A program made the translations under genes and the position numbers. Shown one piece after another: positions 49,928 to 58,528 of a stretch of DNA of 64,000 nucleotides (position 1 is its first letter; each line of letters starts with the position of its first letter). The DNA lies in the NCBI GenBank assembly GCA_030059675.1, contig JANVYQ010000005.1:58372-122371 (forward strand). Direction: 5' to 3'. Below the pieces are notes generated by a model that searched no databases, was not told the origin of the DNA, and was given only the letters and a program-made list of their open reading frames with translations. The stretch is from Candidatus Pelearchaeum maunauluense (GTDB taxonomy: Archaea; Thermoproteota; Nitrososphaeria_A; Caldarchaeales; Caldarchaeaceae).

Positions 49928-50952
49928 CCCTGCACTACTAAGACCTTCATACTCTCTTCGGGATTTGCCGCAACCTTGAAGGCTTCAGCGACCTCGTCAA
50001 GCGTGTATGTATGCGTTATTAGTTTGGAGGGTTTTATTCTACCAGATGCGAGAAGCTGAAGCGCTGTTAATGTTTCTTGCTCGGTTGTGGAATAGCTTGG
50101 GACTATTGTTATCTCGCGGAGGAATAGCTCTGCGAGGTTTAGCTGTAGTGTGGCATCTCTCGGCGGGGCGCCGAAGACAGCTATGCGGCCTCCCTTCCTC
50201 ACGGCCTTGAACGCCTCAATATATGCTAATGGATTACCAGTAGCCACTACGGCGAAATCAACCCCGCGGCCTTCTGTTTCTTGACGACACGCTTCCGCTA
50301 GGCTGCCGTTCTTCAGGTTGACCACCGCATCAGCCCCTAGGTGCTCCGCCATCCCTGTCCTGAACTTAGCAACATCCGCAACAGCTATGAACGATGCTCC
50401 AGAAGCTTTGAGGAGCAGTGTGTAGAGCGCGCCTATTGGGCCGAAGCCGATTATCGCAGCGCTCTCGCCAGGCCTAGCCCTTATCCTCCGCATACTCCTC
50501 ACACAACACGCTAGGGGTTCTATGAAAGAGGCGTCTTGGTAGGAGAGTTTTTCAGGAATCTTCAATACTGCGCCGCGCTCTATGTTTATCGCTGGGACTT
50601 TGAAGTATTCGGCAAAGCCGCATGGCTGTATGTTGGTTTTGAGGAAGAGCTGGCACATTGTCGGGCTTTCGTTGAGGCAGTAGTAGCATCTGCCGCATGA
50701 TACGTGATGATGGACGAAGACACGCTCTCCTACGTAGTATTCCTCTAGTCCCTCACTGACCTCAACGACCTCACCCACTACCTCGTGTCCTAGTATTGCG
50801 GTGGTTATTCCATGGCCCCTTACTTTCTCAAGGTCTGTTCCGCAGACGCCGCATGCCCGTAGCCTTACCACAACCTCCCCAGCAGCCGCTGTTGGTTTCT
50901 CCACCTCACGGAGCTCAACGCCACCGCGGCCATCGGCAAACGCGGCCTTCAA
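49924..50952 (-). CDS. Zinc-dependent (MDR) dehydrogenase, L-iditol 2-dehydrogenase-like
   Basis: CGTD, GHE, HHHVSCGRCYYC...C, EPLACC and GFGPIG. Confidence 0.9.
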   Translation of the reverse strand: MKAAFADGRGGVELREVEKPTAAAGEVVVRLRACGVCGTDLEKVRGHGITTAILGHEVVGEVVEVSEGLEEYYVGERVFVHHHVSCGRCYYCLNESPTMCQLFLKTNIQPCGFAEYFKVPAINIERGAVLKIPEKLSYQDASFIEPLACCVRSMRRIRARPGESAAIIGFGPIGALYTLLLKASGASFIAVADVAKFRTGMAEHLGADAVVNLKNGSLAEACRQETEGRGVDFAVVATGNPLAYIEAFKAVRKGGRIAVFGAPPRDATLQLNLAELFLREITIVPSYSTTEQETLTALQLLASGRIKPSKLITHTYTLDEVAEAFKVAANPEESMKVLVVQG

Positions 50953-52055
50953 TCCAAATCACCAGCCATGCTCTCTAGGCGTTGTTTTATCTTAGCTAGG
51001 AAACGCGCGGCAGGTGCTCCATCAACAGCGCGGTGGTCAAAGACTAGGCTTAGATGGCCCACGTCTCCCAGCCTTATCTCCTCACCCACAGCTATCGGCT
51101 TCTTCGTTATAGCTCCCACACCTAGTATGAGTATGGCTGGTGGGTTGAGTATTGGGGTGAAGAAGAGAACCCCCTCGCCGCCTAGGTTGGTTATGGTGAA
51201 GGTATGGCCGTAGAGCTCTTCAGGTTTGAGCTGGCCTGCCAAAGCCTTCTCACGAAGCTCCCTCAACCTCTTCTCAATCTCAAGCAGCGAGAGCTTATCC
51301 GCGTCCCTAATCACTGGAGCATACAAGCCTGCTGGGGTATCAACCGCGACCGAGATATTCACCTCATCGCGAAGCTTTATGACATCATCCTCCAGAATAG
51401 CGTTGAACTCCTGATTCTCGCGGAGAAGCCCTGCACACACCTTAACTATGATTGAAGTTATGCTTGGAGCCGCGTCTCCATACTTCTGCTTTAACGACTC
51501 ATATTTCTTCATCAAATTTGTGGCGTTGAACTCTGTCGTTAATGCTACAGGCGCTGATGTATGGAAGCTCTTTGACATCCTCTCGGCTATCGTCTTTCTC
51601 AGGCCAGTCAGCTTCGTGGTTTTCTCAGGCTTTTCCTCAACCCTGGCCCCTGATATTACGCGCATAACGTCTTCACGGGTTATCAAGCCTCCTGGCCCTG
51701 TTCCGCGTATGTCTTCTAGGCTAATGCCATGCTCTCTGGCGAGCCGCCTCGCTAGCGGCGATGCCCTGACCTCCCGCCGCGGTTGCGCTGTCTCCTCTAT
51801 CGCTGCTTCTGTCGCCTCTATCTCAGCCAGCACATCACCCACCTTGACCTCCTCATCCTCCCCATGAACTATCCTACTCAACACGCCATCAGCAGGAGAC
51901 TCCACCTCAAACGTGGTCTTCTCACCCTCAACCACAACCAGCGCCTCTCCACGCGCGACGCGCTCACCCTCACGCTTAAGCCAGCGCACAATCCGCCCAG
52001 ACTCCATAACAGGGTCTATCCTGGGCATAATCACCTGCTTCAACGAGCCTGACAT
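50949..52055 (-). CDS. Dihydrolipoamide acyltransferase (E2) of a 2-oxoacid/acetoin dehydrogenase complex
   Basis: Lipoyl domain VEGEKTTFEVESP, E3-binding ASPLARRLA..GTGPGG.I, catalytic DHRAVDG; ATG 52055 preferred. Confidence 0.9.
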   Translation of the reverse strand: MSGSLKQVIMPRIDPVMESGRIVRWLKREGERVARGEALVVVEGEKTTFEVESPADGVLSRIVHGEDEEVKVGDVLAEIEATEAAIEETAQPRREVRASPLARRLAREHGISLEDIRGTGPGGLITREDVMRVISGARVEEKPEKTTKLTGLRKTIAERMSKSFHTSAPVALTTEFNATNLMKKYESLKQKYGDAAPSITSIIVKVCAGLLRENQEFNAILEDDVIKLRDEVNISVAVDTPAGLYAPVIRDADKLSLLEIEKRLRELREKALAGQLKPEELYGHTFTITNLGGEGVLFFTPILNPPAILILGVGAITKKPIAVGEEIRLGDVGHLSLVFDHRAVDGAPAARFLAKIKQRLESMAGDLD

Positions 52056-52131
52056 CCCTCCCCCACCAGCGGGAAACCAAGAAATAACTATTGAGCGACT
52101 GTTTAAATCACACTTTGACGCTGGCGTTTGT

Positions 52132-52590
52132 ATGGGCGAGATAACTGAGAAGGATGGACTGTCTGATGAGGAGATTAAGCGCATCCTCACCGAGTATAAA
52201 CGGATAGCAGTAGTGGGAATGTCCCGCGACCCTTCAAAACCAGCCCACTACGTGCCCAAATTCCTACAGAGACATGGATATGAGCTGATACCCGTGAACC
52301 CTACGGCAGACGAGATACTGGGTCTTAAGGTCTACAAAAGTTTGGAGGAGATTAAAGAGCCGGTGGATATAGTGGATGTTTTTAGGCCCTCTGACCAGGT
52401 TTTGCCTGTTGCGGAGCAGGCATTGAAGCTCAGGCCCAAGGTGTTCTGGATGCAGGAGGGGATATACAATAAGGAGGCCGCTGAGCTGCTCAAGCGTGAG
52501 GGCATCATCGTAGTGTGGGATAGGTGCTTGATGAAGGAGCATAACAGGCTCTTCGGCTCAAAACCCTATGCCTCAATTTCCAAGCTGTAG
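52132..52590 (+). CDS. CoA-binding protein (YccU-like)
   Basis: IAVVGMS, PVNP, DIVDVFR, WMQEGI and DRC; ATG 52132 follows a TTTAAAT box. Confidence 0.88.
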   Translation: MGEITEKDGLSDEEIKRILTEYKRIAVVGMSRDPSKPAHYVPKFLQRHGYELIPVNPTADEILGLKVYKSLEEIKEPVDIVDVFRPSDQVLPVAEQALKLRPKVFWMQEGIYNKEAAELLKREGIIVVWDRCLMKEHNRLFGSKPYASISKL

Positions 52591-52636
52591 CGAGGGATAG
52601 GCTATTTAGTCGGCCTAACAGCTAGCTAGGGCGGTC

Positions 52637-53533
52637 ATGGAGCAGGTGCCAGACGAGCTCTTCGAGGCTGGGCGCGTAGCGCGGAGGCTGAAGGAAGAAG
52701 CCTATAGACTCGCGCGGCCGGGGGCTTCAATCTACGAGCTGGCTGAGCGCATAGAGAGCATAATTCTAGACAACCATGCCAGGCCAGCGTTTCCATGCAA
52801 CGTCGGGATAAACCAGGTCGCCGCCCACTATACGCCAACCCCAGGCGACGTTACGCGCATACCTCCCAAGTCAGTCGTGAAGGTGGATATTGGCGTGGAG
52901 ATTAACGGCTTCATAGCGGATACTGCCATTACAGTTGCGGACACACCTGAGGGGGAGGCCATGCGACTCGCGGCCGAGGAGGCGCTGAAGACAGCCCTCA
53001 AACTCGTGCGCGACGGTGTGAGGGTAGCCGATATAGGCTCCGCAATACAGTCAGTCGTCAATAGGCGGGGCTTCAAGACCATACGAAACCTAACTGGCCA
53101 TGAGATATCGCGCTACAACCTACACGCAGGCCAGTCAATACCAAACGTGCAGACCACCGATAGCGGGAGGCTCAGGAAAGGACATACCTACGCTATAGAG
53201 CCTTTCGTCACACTCCCAGAAGGCGCTGGTGAGGTTGTGGAGTCTGGCGAGTTGACCATCTTCAGGCTTGAGCCGCGGCCTAAGCTGGAGAAGGGGTTGA
53301 GGGAGGACGAGGTGAGCCTACTCCGCTACATCGCGAACGAGTTTCAGAGCCTTCCTTATTCTACGCGCTGGCTTATACGGCTAGGCCGCGAGAAGCTGGA
53401 GATTCATGAAAAGCTTGTCCGTAATGGGCGGATACACGCATACCCCGTGCTGGTTGAGAGGCATGGCACGCCAGTAGCGCAGGCTGAGCACACGGTATTG
53501 GTGAAGGAAGACGGAGCAGAGATACTAACCTAG
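52637..53533 (+). CDS. map: Type II methionine aminopeptidase
   Basis: AFPCN, AAHYTP, DIG....G.IADTA, NLTGH, AIEPF and AQAEHT. Confidence 0.95.
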   Translation: MEQVPDELFEAGRVARRLKEEAYRLARPGASIYELAERIESIILDNHARPAFPCNVGINQVAAHYTPTPGDVTRIPPKSVVKVDIGVEINGFIADTAITVADTPEGEAMRLAAEEALKTALKLVRDGVRVADIGSAIQSVVNRRGFKTIRNLTGHEISRYNLHAGQSIPNVQTTDSGRLRKGHTYAIEPFVTLPEGAGEVVESGELTIFRLEPRPKLEKGLREDEVSLLRYIANEFQSLPYSTRWLIRLGREKLEIHEKLVRNGRIHAYPVLVERHGTPVAQAEHTVLVKEDGAEILT

Positions 53534-53778
53534 GCTTCCTGCTTCTTCTCAGGCACGTAAATATTCACAATAACCATACGCGTAGAACCGCACTTGGGGC
53601 ATTTCTCATCCTCAATAACCTTGAATACATAATCGTTCTGCCTGAATGGTCTTGAATTGTCAGTGCCGCACTCTGAGCATTTCAGGAATGTGAGTGGTGG
53701 TGTGGGCTTTAACGTGTTTTCCCTCCCCCTCAGAGCCATGACAACCACCCTGCTTACTTTCCCCACGTGCCTGCTCAA
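53530..53778 (-). CDS. Small zinc-ribbon protein
   Basis: CSEC...RPF..NDYVFK...CPKCG...IVNIY; downstream of DUF1512; start uncertain. Confidence 0.7.
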   Translation of the reverse strand: MSRHVGKVSRVVVMALRGRENTLKPTPPLTFLKCSECGTDNSRPFRQNDYVFKVIEDEKCPKCGSTRMVIVNIYVPEKKQEA

Positions 53779-53817
53779 CGGATATACAGCAAATATAAAG
53801 CTTCTTCTAAGGAGGCT

Positions 53818-54960
53818 TTAGACACCTATTCCTACGGTGTTTCCTATCCCCGCTACTATAGCCGTGCCCCCTTCCTCAACCTTCTCCAAGAGTAGCTTCC
53901 TGACCTTCTGGAGAACAATATCGGCGGCTTTGGCTATCGACTCCTTCATGGGTGTTATAGCCTCGCCTATGGATTCAAAGATGACGAAAGCGTAGAGCGG
54001 TATACCATGCTGCTTGGCTACCTCCTCAATCTTGTACTTGTCTACTCCAGGCCCGCCTATTGCTACTCCTATGCCCTCAACTATCTTGCCAGACTCCTCG
54101 CCCTCAAGCTTCAGCCCAGCGTCTATGGTTACGATAAGCTTGAGATTATCCTTCTCCTGCTCTACTAGGCGTTTAACACCCTCGCCAGGCCTGCCGACGT
54201 TGCCTCCTGGGCCCATGGCCCTAACGACGAGGACGCGCCTAGACTCTATCTCTATCTCCTGGACTATCGTATCCTTCGCTATCTCGTAGCGCCGCTTCTC
54301 GTTACCATTAACAAGCTTGGCCGCTACAAGCACGCCCACGCCGTCGCCTATGGGCTGTCCCTCCGAGAAAGCTATAGAAGCCTGCCTATATGCTTCTGCA
54401 ATCTCCATCAACTGTGGCATAATCATCTGGATTTGCAGGACCAGATAGATGTTGGCTGTCTTCTTTCCTAGGAGATAGAAATGCCTAACAATCCTGTACA
54501 GCGTGTTTATGCCGCGTGATATTTCAACAAGGTTGGTGAGCGTCTTAACCTGATGCTCCTCCGCGTGGGGAGCTATCTTCCTAACATCCTCCTCAAATAC
54601 GGATTCATGCGTCTCAAGTATATGCTCAAGCTTGTAAACGATTCCATAGGGGTCCATGGATTCTGGCGGGATTAGGAAGAACTCGTTTAGCCTATCAATC
54701 TCTGGGGTTGGGTCTTGCTCTGGTTTTCCTATGTTTTTTATCGTGTCTATCGTTCTTTGCCTTATGTCGTCGCGTAGTAGCTTTAGCCTGTTGAGCTTCT
54801 TCTCCAAGTCGCGGAGCATGTAGGAGAGCTGCATCTTTTGGCCCAATGTCGGGTAGATGAAGAATATCATTATCATGAAGAGCCAGACTAGCGCTATTAT
54901 CATGCTGATGATGTTTTCGCTGCCTGCCTGTGGGAAAAGCTGAGCTAACCCAAGACTCAC
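53818..54960 (-). CDS. DUF1512-family membrane-anchored protein
   Basis: N-terminal TM, DPYGIV.KLEH, QPIGDGVG, GPGGNVGRPG, IDAGLKLEGE and GIGNTVG. Confidence 0.82.
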   Translation of the reverse strand: MSLGLAQLFPQAGSENIISMIIALVWLFMIMIFFIYPTLGQKMQLSYMLRDLEKKLNRLKLLRDDIRQRTIDTIKNIGKPEQDPTPEIDRLNEFFLIPPESMDPYGIVYKLEHILETHESVFEEDVRKIAPHAEEHQVKTLTNLVEISRGINTLYRIVRHFYLLGKKTANIYLVLQIQMIMPQLMEIAEAYRQASIAFSEGQPIGDGVGVLVAAKLVNGNEKRRYEIAKDTIVQEIEIESRRVLVVRAMGPGGNVGRPGEGVKRLVEQEKDNLKLIVTIDAGLKLEGEESGKIVEGIGVAIGGPGVDKYKIEEVAKQHGIPLYAFVIFESIGEAITPMKESIAKAADIVLQKVRKLLLEKVEEGGTAIVAGIGNTVGIGV

Positions 54961-54961
54961 G

Positions 54962-56794
54962 TTATCTTCTCCTCTTCTGATAGCTTCGGCGGTTGTTTTT
55001 ATAGGTTGATGCAGCCTTTTTGGCAGTAGGTTTTACAAAATCTCTGGTTCCCTCCTCTGGCTGAACGGCCTGAGCCAGCCTTGCGGCTATGTCTTCTATC
55101 CTTTCTTTACAGGTTATAAGGAGCTGTTCATACCGCCTCGCTGAGCGCTCAAGCGCCTCCTCGTAGCTCATAGCGCCCCTTTCTATGCGCTCCATATTCT
55201 CATCCACCATGCGGCGGGTTTCTGGCGTGGCTAGGCTCCTATCCGCCGCGCTCAACGATTCTATCAGCGAAAGGCCCAGCGGGGTTGGGTGGAAGACGCC
55301 CCTAACGCGCTTGGCGTAGCCGCGCTCTAGTATGAGGGCTGGATACACCGCGCGGGTGGCGTCTGTTCCTATACCGTGTCTCTCCATTAGCCTGAGGAGG
55401 TCGGCCTCGCTCAGCCTAGGCGGCGGCTTGGTCTCCTCCTCAATCAAGTCAATAGCCACGACCTTTAGCTTCTCTCCCCTGCCGAGGCTAGGTAGCCTGT
55501 TATCACGCGGCCTGAAATAGCTGAACACTTCATAGAACCCTGGGCTTGATATGTAGCTACCCTCAGCCTTGAATATCACGCCACTTATAGTTATTAGTGC
55601 TTTCTGCCGCGTAGCTTCTGCGTCTTCCATGAATGCGTTGGCATAGAAGCGACGTGCAGCGTATTCCCATACTGTTCTCGGAAGGCCGCCTCCACTATAG
55701 GCGGAGGTTGGGTAAATAGGCGGATGAGCGCCATCGTCAAGCTTACCATTCCTGGGACGGGGAACCATCTCGCGGCTCTGCCCAACTATCCCCGCATCCA
55801 AAACAGCGCGGACACTAACGGAAAAATCAAAGCCAGGCCCATATCGGTTAGTATCTGTGCGCGGATAGCTTAGATAGCCCTCCGCATATAGGTCTTCCAT
55901 AATCCCCAGGAGGCGCTGGGCGCTTAGGCCGGTTATGCGCGTCAGGTCTATCAGCATTTCGTCGGTTCTTGTTGGGAGCGGCCTTGGGATAGCCTCGCTT
56001 CTGGCTATGTATTCTCTCACCTCACCCTCCCTGGCGTGTGAGACAGTATTCCAAACTGCGCTAACCTCCTCGCGGCTCCAGAAGCTCTCAGTGCGGGCGT
56101 TGAACTTCTCTCCAGAGACGGTCTCAAATGCTGCTTTTATGTACCAATATTTACGGGGCTTGAAGCTGGCTATCTCCTTCTCGCGCTCCACCACGAAGTT
56201 TAGGCAGGGTATCTGACAGCTTCCCCAGCTAACCAGCCTAACCCAGCGTTTTCGCCGCGTGCTTATCGTGAGGAGACGCGTAAATGAGGCGCCTGTTAGC
56301 AGGTCAAAATGCTGGCGGTAACGTGCTTTCTCAACCCAACTCCATTTAAGCCCCTCCTCAAGAGAGCGCCAACTCGCTATGAGCTCGTTCCTACTTATGG
56401 AGTTGAACCTCATACGCCTAAATGGCGCGTCATCCCCCCTAACCGCGCGATAGACCATCAGTATCTCGTAGCCTATCAACTCCCCCTCAGAGTCGTTATC
56501 TGTAGCTATTACCAGCGTTCTATCCTCTGCGAAGAGCTGCTTGAGCTTTTCGTAAGATTCTTGGTCAACAACCCGTGTCTCAAGGCTGCGCAGCCTTATT
56601 ATTGCTAGTGGCTCGGCCTGGTTCCAGCCATATCCACGCGGCAGGTCGGCGTCAAGCAGATGCCCCCTAACAGAAGTTACTACGGCATCCACCCGAAGCT
56701 CGGCCAGCGCCCTGCGTATAGCCCGCGCCACACTAGCCTTCTCCGCAACAACCACATACCTTCCCTGCTGCATGCCCGCTCTATATTCCGCCAA
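54962..56794 (-). CDS. topA: DNA topoisomerase type IA (archaeal TopA/Topo III-like)
   Basis: Toprim AEK...ATDNDSEGE, active-site SYPRTD, AHPPIYP and GIGTDATR. Confidence 0.92.
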   Translation of the reverse strand: MAEYRAGMQQGRYVVVAEKASVARAIRRALAELRVDAVVTSVRGHLLDADLPRGYGWNQAEPLAIIRLRSLETRVVDQESYEKLKQLFAEDRTLVIATDNDSEGELIGYEILMVYRAVRGDDAPFRRMRFNSISRNELIASWRSLEEGLKWSWVEKARYRQHFDLLTGASFTRLLTISTRRKRWVRLVSWGSCQIPCLNFVVEREKEIASFKPRKYWYIKAAFETVSGEKFNARTESFWSREEVSAVWNTVSHAREGEVREYIARSEAIPRPLPTRTDEMLIDLTRITGLSAQRLLGIMEDLYAEGYLSYPRTDTNRYGPGFDFSVSVRAVLDAGIVGQSREMVPRPRNGKLDDGAHPPIYPTSAYSGGGLPRTVWEYAARRFYANAFMEDAEATRQKALITISGVIFKAEGSYISSPGFYEVFSYFRPRDNRLPSLGRGEKLKVVAIDLIEEETKPPPRLSEADLLRLMERHGIGTDATRAVYPALILERGYAKRVRGVFHPTPLGLSLIESLSAADRSLATPETRRMVDENMERIERGAMSYEEALERSARRYEQLLITCKERIEDIAARLAQAVQPEEGTRDFVKPTAKKAASTYKNNRRSYQKRRR

Positions 56795-56909
56795 CCTGCT
56801 AGCGCCTTAGCTCTTTATTATAGGATACGCAGCCTATTCAGCTGGAGGCCACGCACCACAAAACATAATATTATTTTTGTATTGGCACCATCCTCTCCAT
56901 TAATCAGAG

Positions 56910-57665
56910 ATGACAGTGAAAGCCGTCCTAATGGCAGGTGGCGAAGGAAGACGCCTCAGGCCACTCACATACTACATACAGAAATGCATGATACCGATAG
57001 GCCCCAAACAGAGACCCTTACTAGAGTACATACTGCGCCACATAGCTTATCATGGTATTAGGGAGGTGGTGATAACCGTGGGCTATAAGTCGGAGCAAAT
57101 AATAAACTACTTTGAAGATGGTAGGCGGCTTGGTCTTCGTATAGATTATGTGTATGATAAGGAGGGCGTCGGGGGCTCGGGCCATGCTCTTGGCAACGTT
57201 TTTGAGAATGGTTTGATTGGTTTTGATGATACGTTGCTGGTTTATTATGGTGATATACTCTCCAACTTGGATTTGGGCGAGATGCTGTCCAGGCATAGGC
57301 AGGCTGGCGCCGACGCGACTCTTGCCGTCTCGCTCAAGTACCAGCTCCCAGTGGGGGTTGTTGAGGTTGATAAGCAGGGCAGGATACTACGTCTCCACGA
57401 GAAGCCCTACCTTGACAGGCCAGTCGTCATAGGAATCACACTACTTGAGGGGCGCTGCATAAAAGAACTCTCCAGCCTTACATCAAGCCAGCGGGATGTG
57501 GATATTATGGGCCATTTCATACCCCGCCTCATACAGAGAGGCTATAATGTCCAGGCTTATGAGAGCCAGGCATTCTGGTATGACATTGGCTCTACCGAGA
57601 AATACGAGAAGCTAACCACCGATACTGTGATTAGATATTTGAATCATCTGAAGGAGCTTGTCTAG
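56910..57665 (+). CDS. Sugar-phosphate nucleotidyltransferase (NTP_transferase family)
   Basis: MAGGEGRRLRPLT, YYGDIL, EKP and WYDIG. Confidence 0.88.
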   Translation: MTVKAVLMAGGEGRRLRPLTYYIQKCMIPIGPKQRPLLEYILRHIAYHGIREVVITVGYKSEQIINYFEDGRRLGLRIDYVYDKEGVGGSGHALGNVFENGLIGFDDTLLVYYGDILSNLDLGEMLSRHRQAGADATLAVSLKYQLPVGVVEVDKQGRILRLHEKPYLDRPVVIGITLLEGRCIKELSSLTSSQRDVDIMGHFIPRLIQRGYNVQAYESQAFWYDIGSTEKYEKLTTDTVIRYLNHLKELV

Positions 57666-58222
57666 GGTGGGGTTATCTCCTCGCCTTTCTCCAACCATCC
57701 AAGAAACTTTTCCAGTTTCTCGTATCTGCTTCTCTGCTTCTCCGTCTGCACAGCAACAACCATACTCCCCGCGGGTGTTTCCGCTATGTGTATATAGCAT
57801 TCGCCGCCCTGCGCTGACCGCGCTTTATCCAGAACGGTTTGGGAGATTATGGGCACGCTCATACCCCCTCCCCCTGCCACGTTTATGTAGAGAAGCCCCC
57901 TACCCACACTGGCCGTTGCTGATTCCTCTATTCTAATTGACTCGGCCTTAACCACGCGCGGCCCGCGCAGCTCCTCGTAAATCTGCATATCCTGGATAAC
58001 ATAATACACCTCGCGGCCGCTTGCTACGCGTACAAGCTTGCCCATGATTGGCATTCCTATCCTAAGCCACCCAGGGGGGATGCGCATCCTTACCCTGTGC
58101 TCCTCACCCTTCAAATCAACAATAACTATGTTGTATATTATCGTGTCAGACCTAGACGTAGCCCTGATATCAGCTACATAGCCGTAGACGATGCGTTCGG
58201 CGGGGCTTATGGGCTGTCTCAC
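57662..58222 (-). CDS. Hypothetical protein (beta-rich, possibly OB-fold-like)
   Basis: 186-aa ORF filling the gap, with a convergent 4-nt overlap with the neighbouring stop; no recognised motif. Confidence 0.55.
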   Translation of the reverse strand: MRQPISPAERIVYGYVADIRATSRSDTIIYNIVIVDLKGEEHRVRMRIPPGWLRIGMPIMGKLVRVASGREVYYVIQDMQIYEELRGPRVVKAESIRIEESATASVGRGLLYINVAGGGGMSVPIISQTVLDKARSAQGGECYIHIAETPAGSMVVAVQTEKQRSRYEKLEKFLGWLEKGEEITPP

Positions 58223-58387
58223 AGCCTACACAACCTATCTCTAGCCTCTCACTATTCCCGAATAGGCCGCTAGTTAGCCATTTTTAAGTTTCAGGAGAGA
58301 ATATGCTGAAGGTTAAGGATGGTAATAATATGGCGGGTGATGATTTTTTAACCAGCCTAACGCGTTTTGTGCGGGGAGGTTGACGGC

Positions 58388-58528
58388 ATGGTAAAGCTAT
58401 CCAAGACCAGGCTTATGGACGCTCTCTCAACAGTTGCCTACTTCTTCATCTTCCTCGGCGCTCTACTCGCGCTTGTTGTTGTGGCCTCACTTCTAAAGGC
58501 GCTACCACAGCTTCTAGGACTGGCTTAA
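58388..58528 (+). CDS. Small single-pass membrane protein (46 aa)
   Basis: Below the track cutoff. MVKLSKTRLMDALSTVAYFFIFLGALLALVVVASLLKALPQLLGLA*; strong SD GGGGAGGT at 58373-58380; TTTTTAA box upstream. Confidence 0.7.
   Translation: MVKLSKTRLMDALSTVAYFFIFLGALLALVVVASLLKALPQLLGLA

Noticed and set aside
52606-52618. TTAG-N5-CTAA resembling a DtxR-type site upstream of map
   Set aside because: Only 4-bp arms, overlaps the probable TATA region, and has no supporting context.
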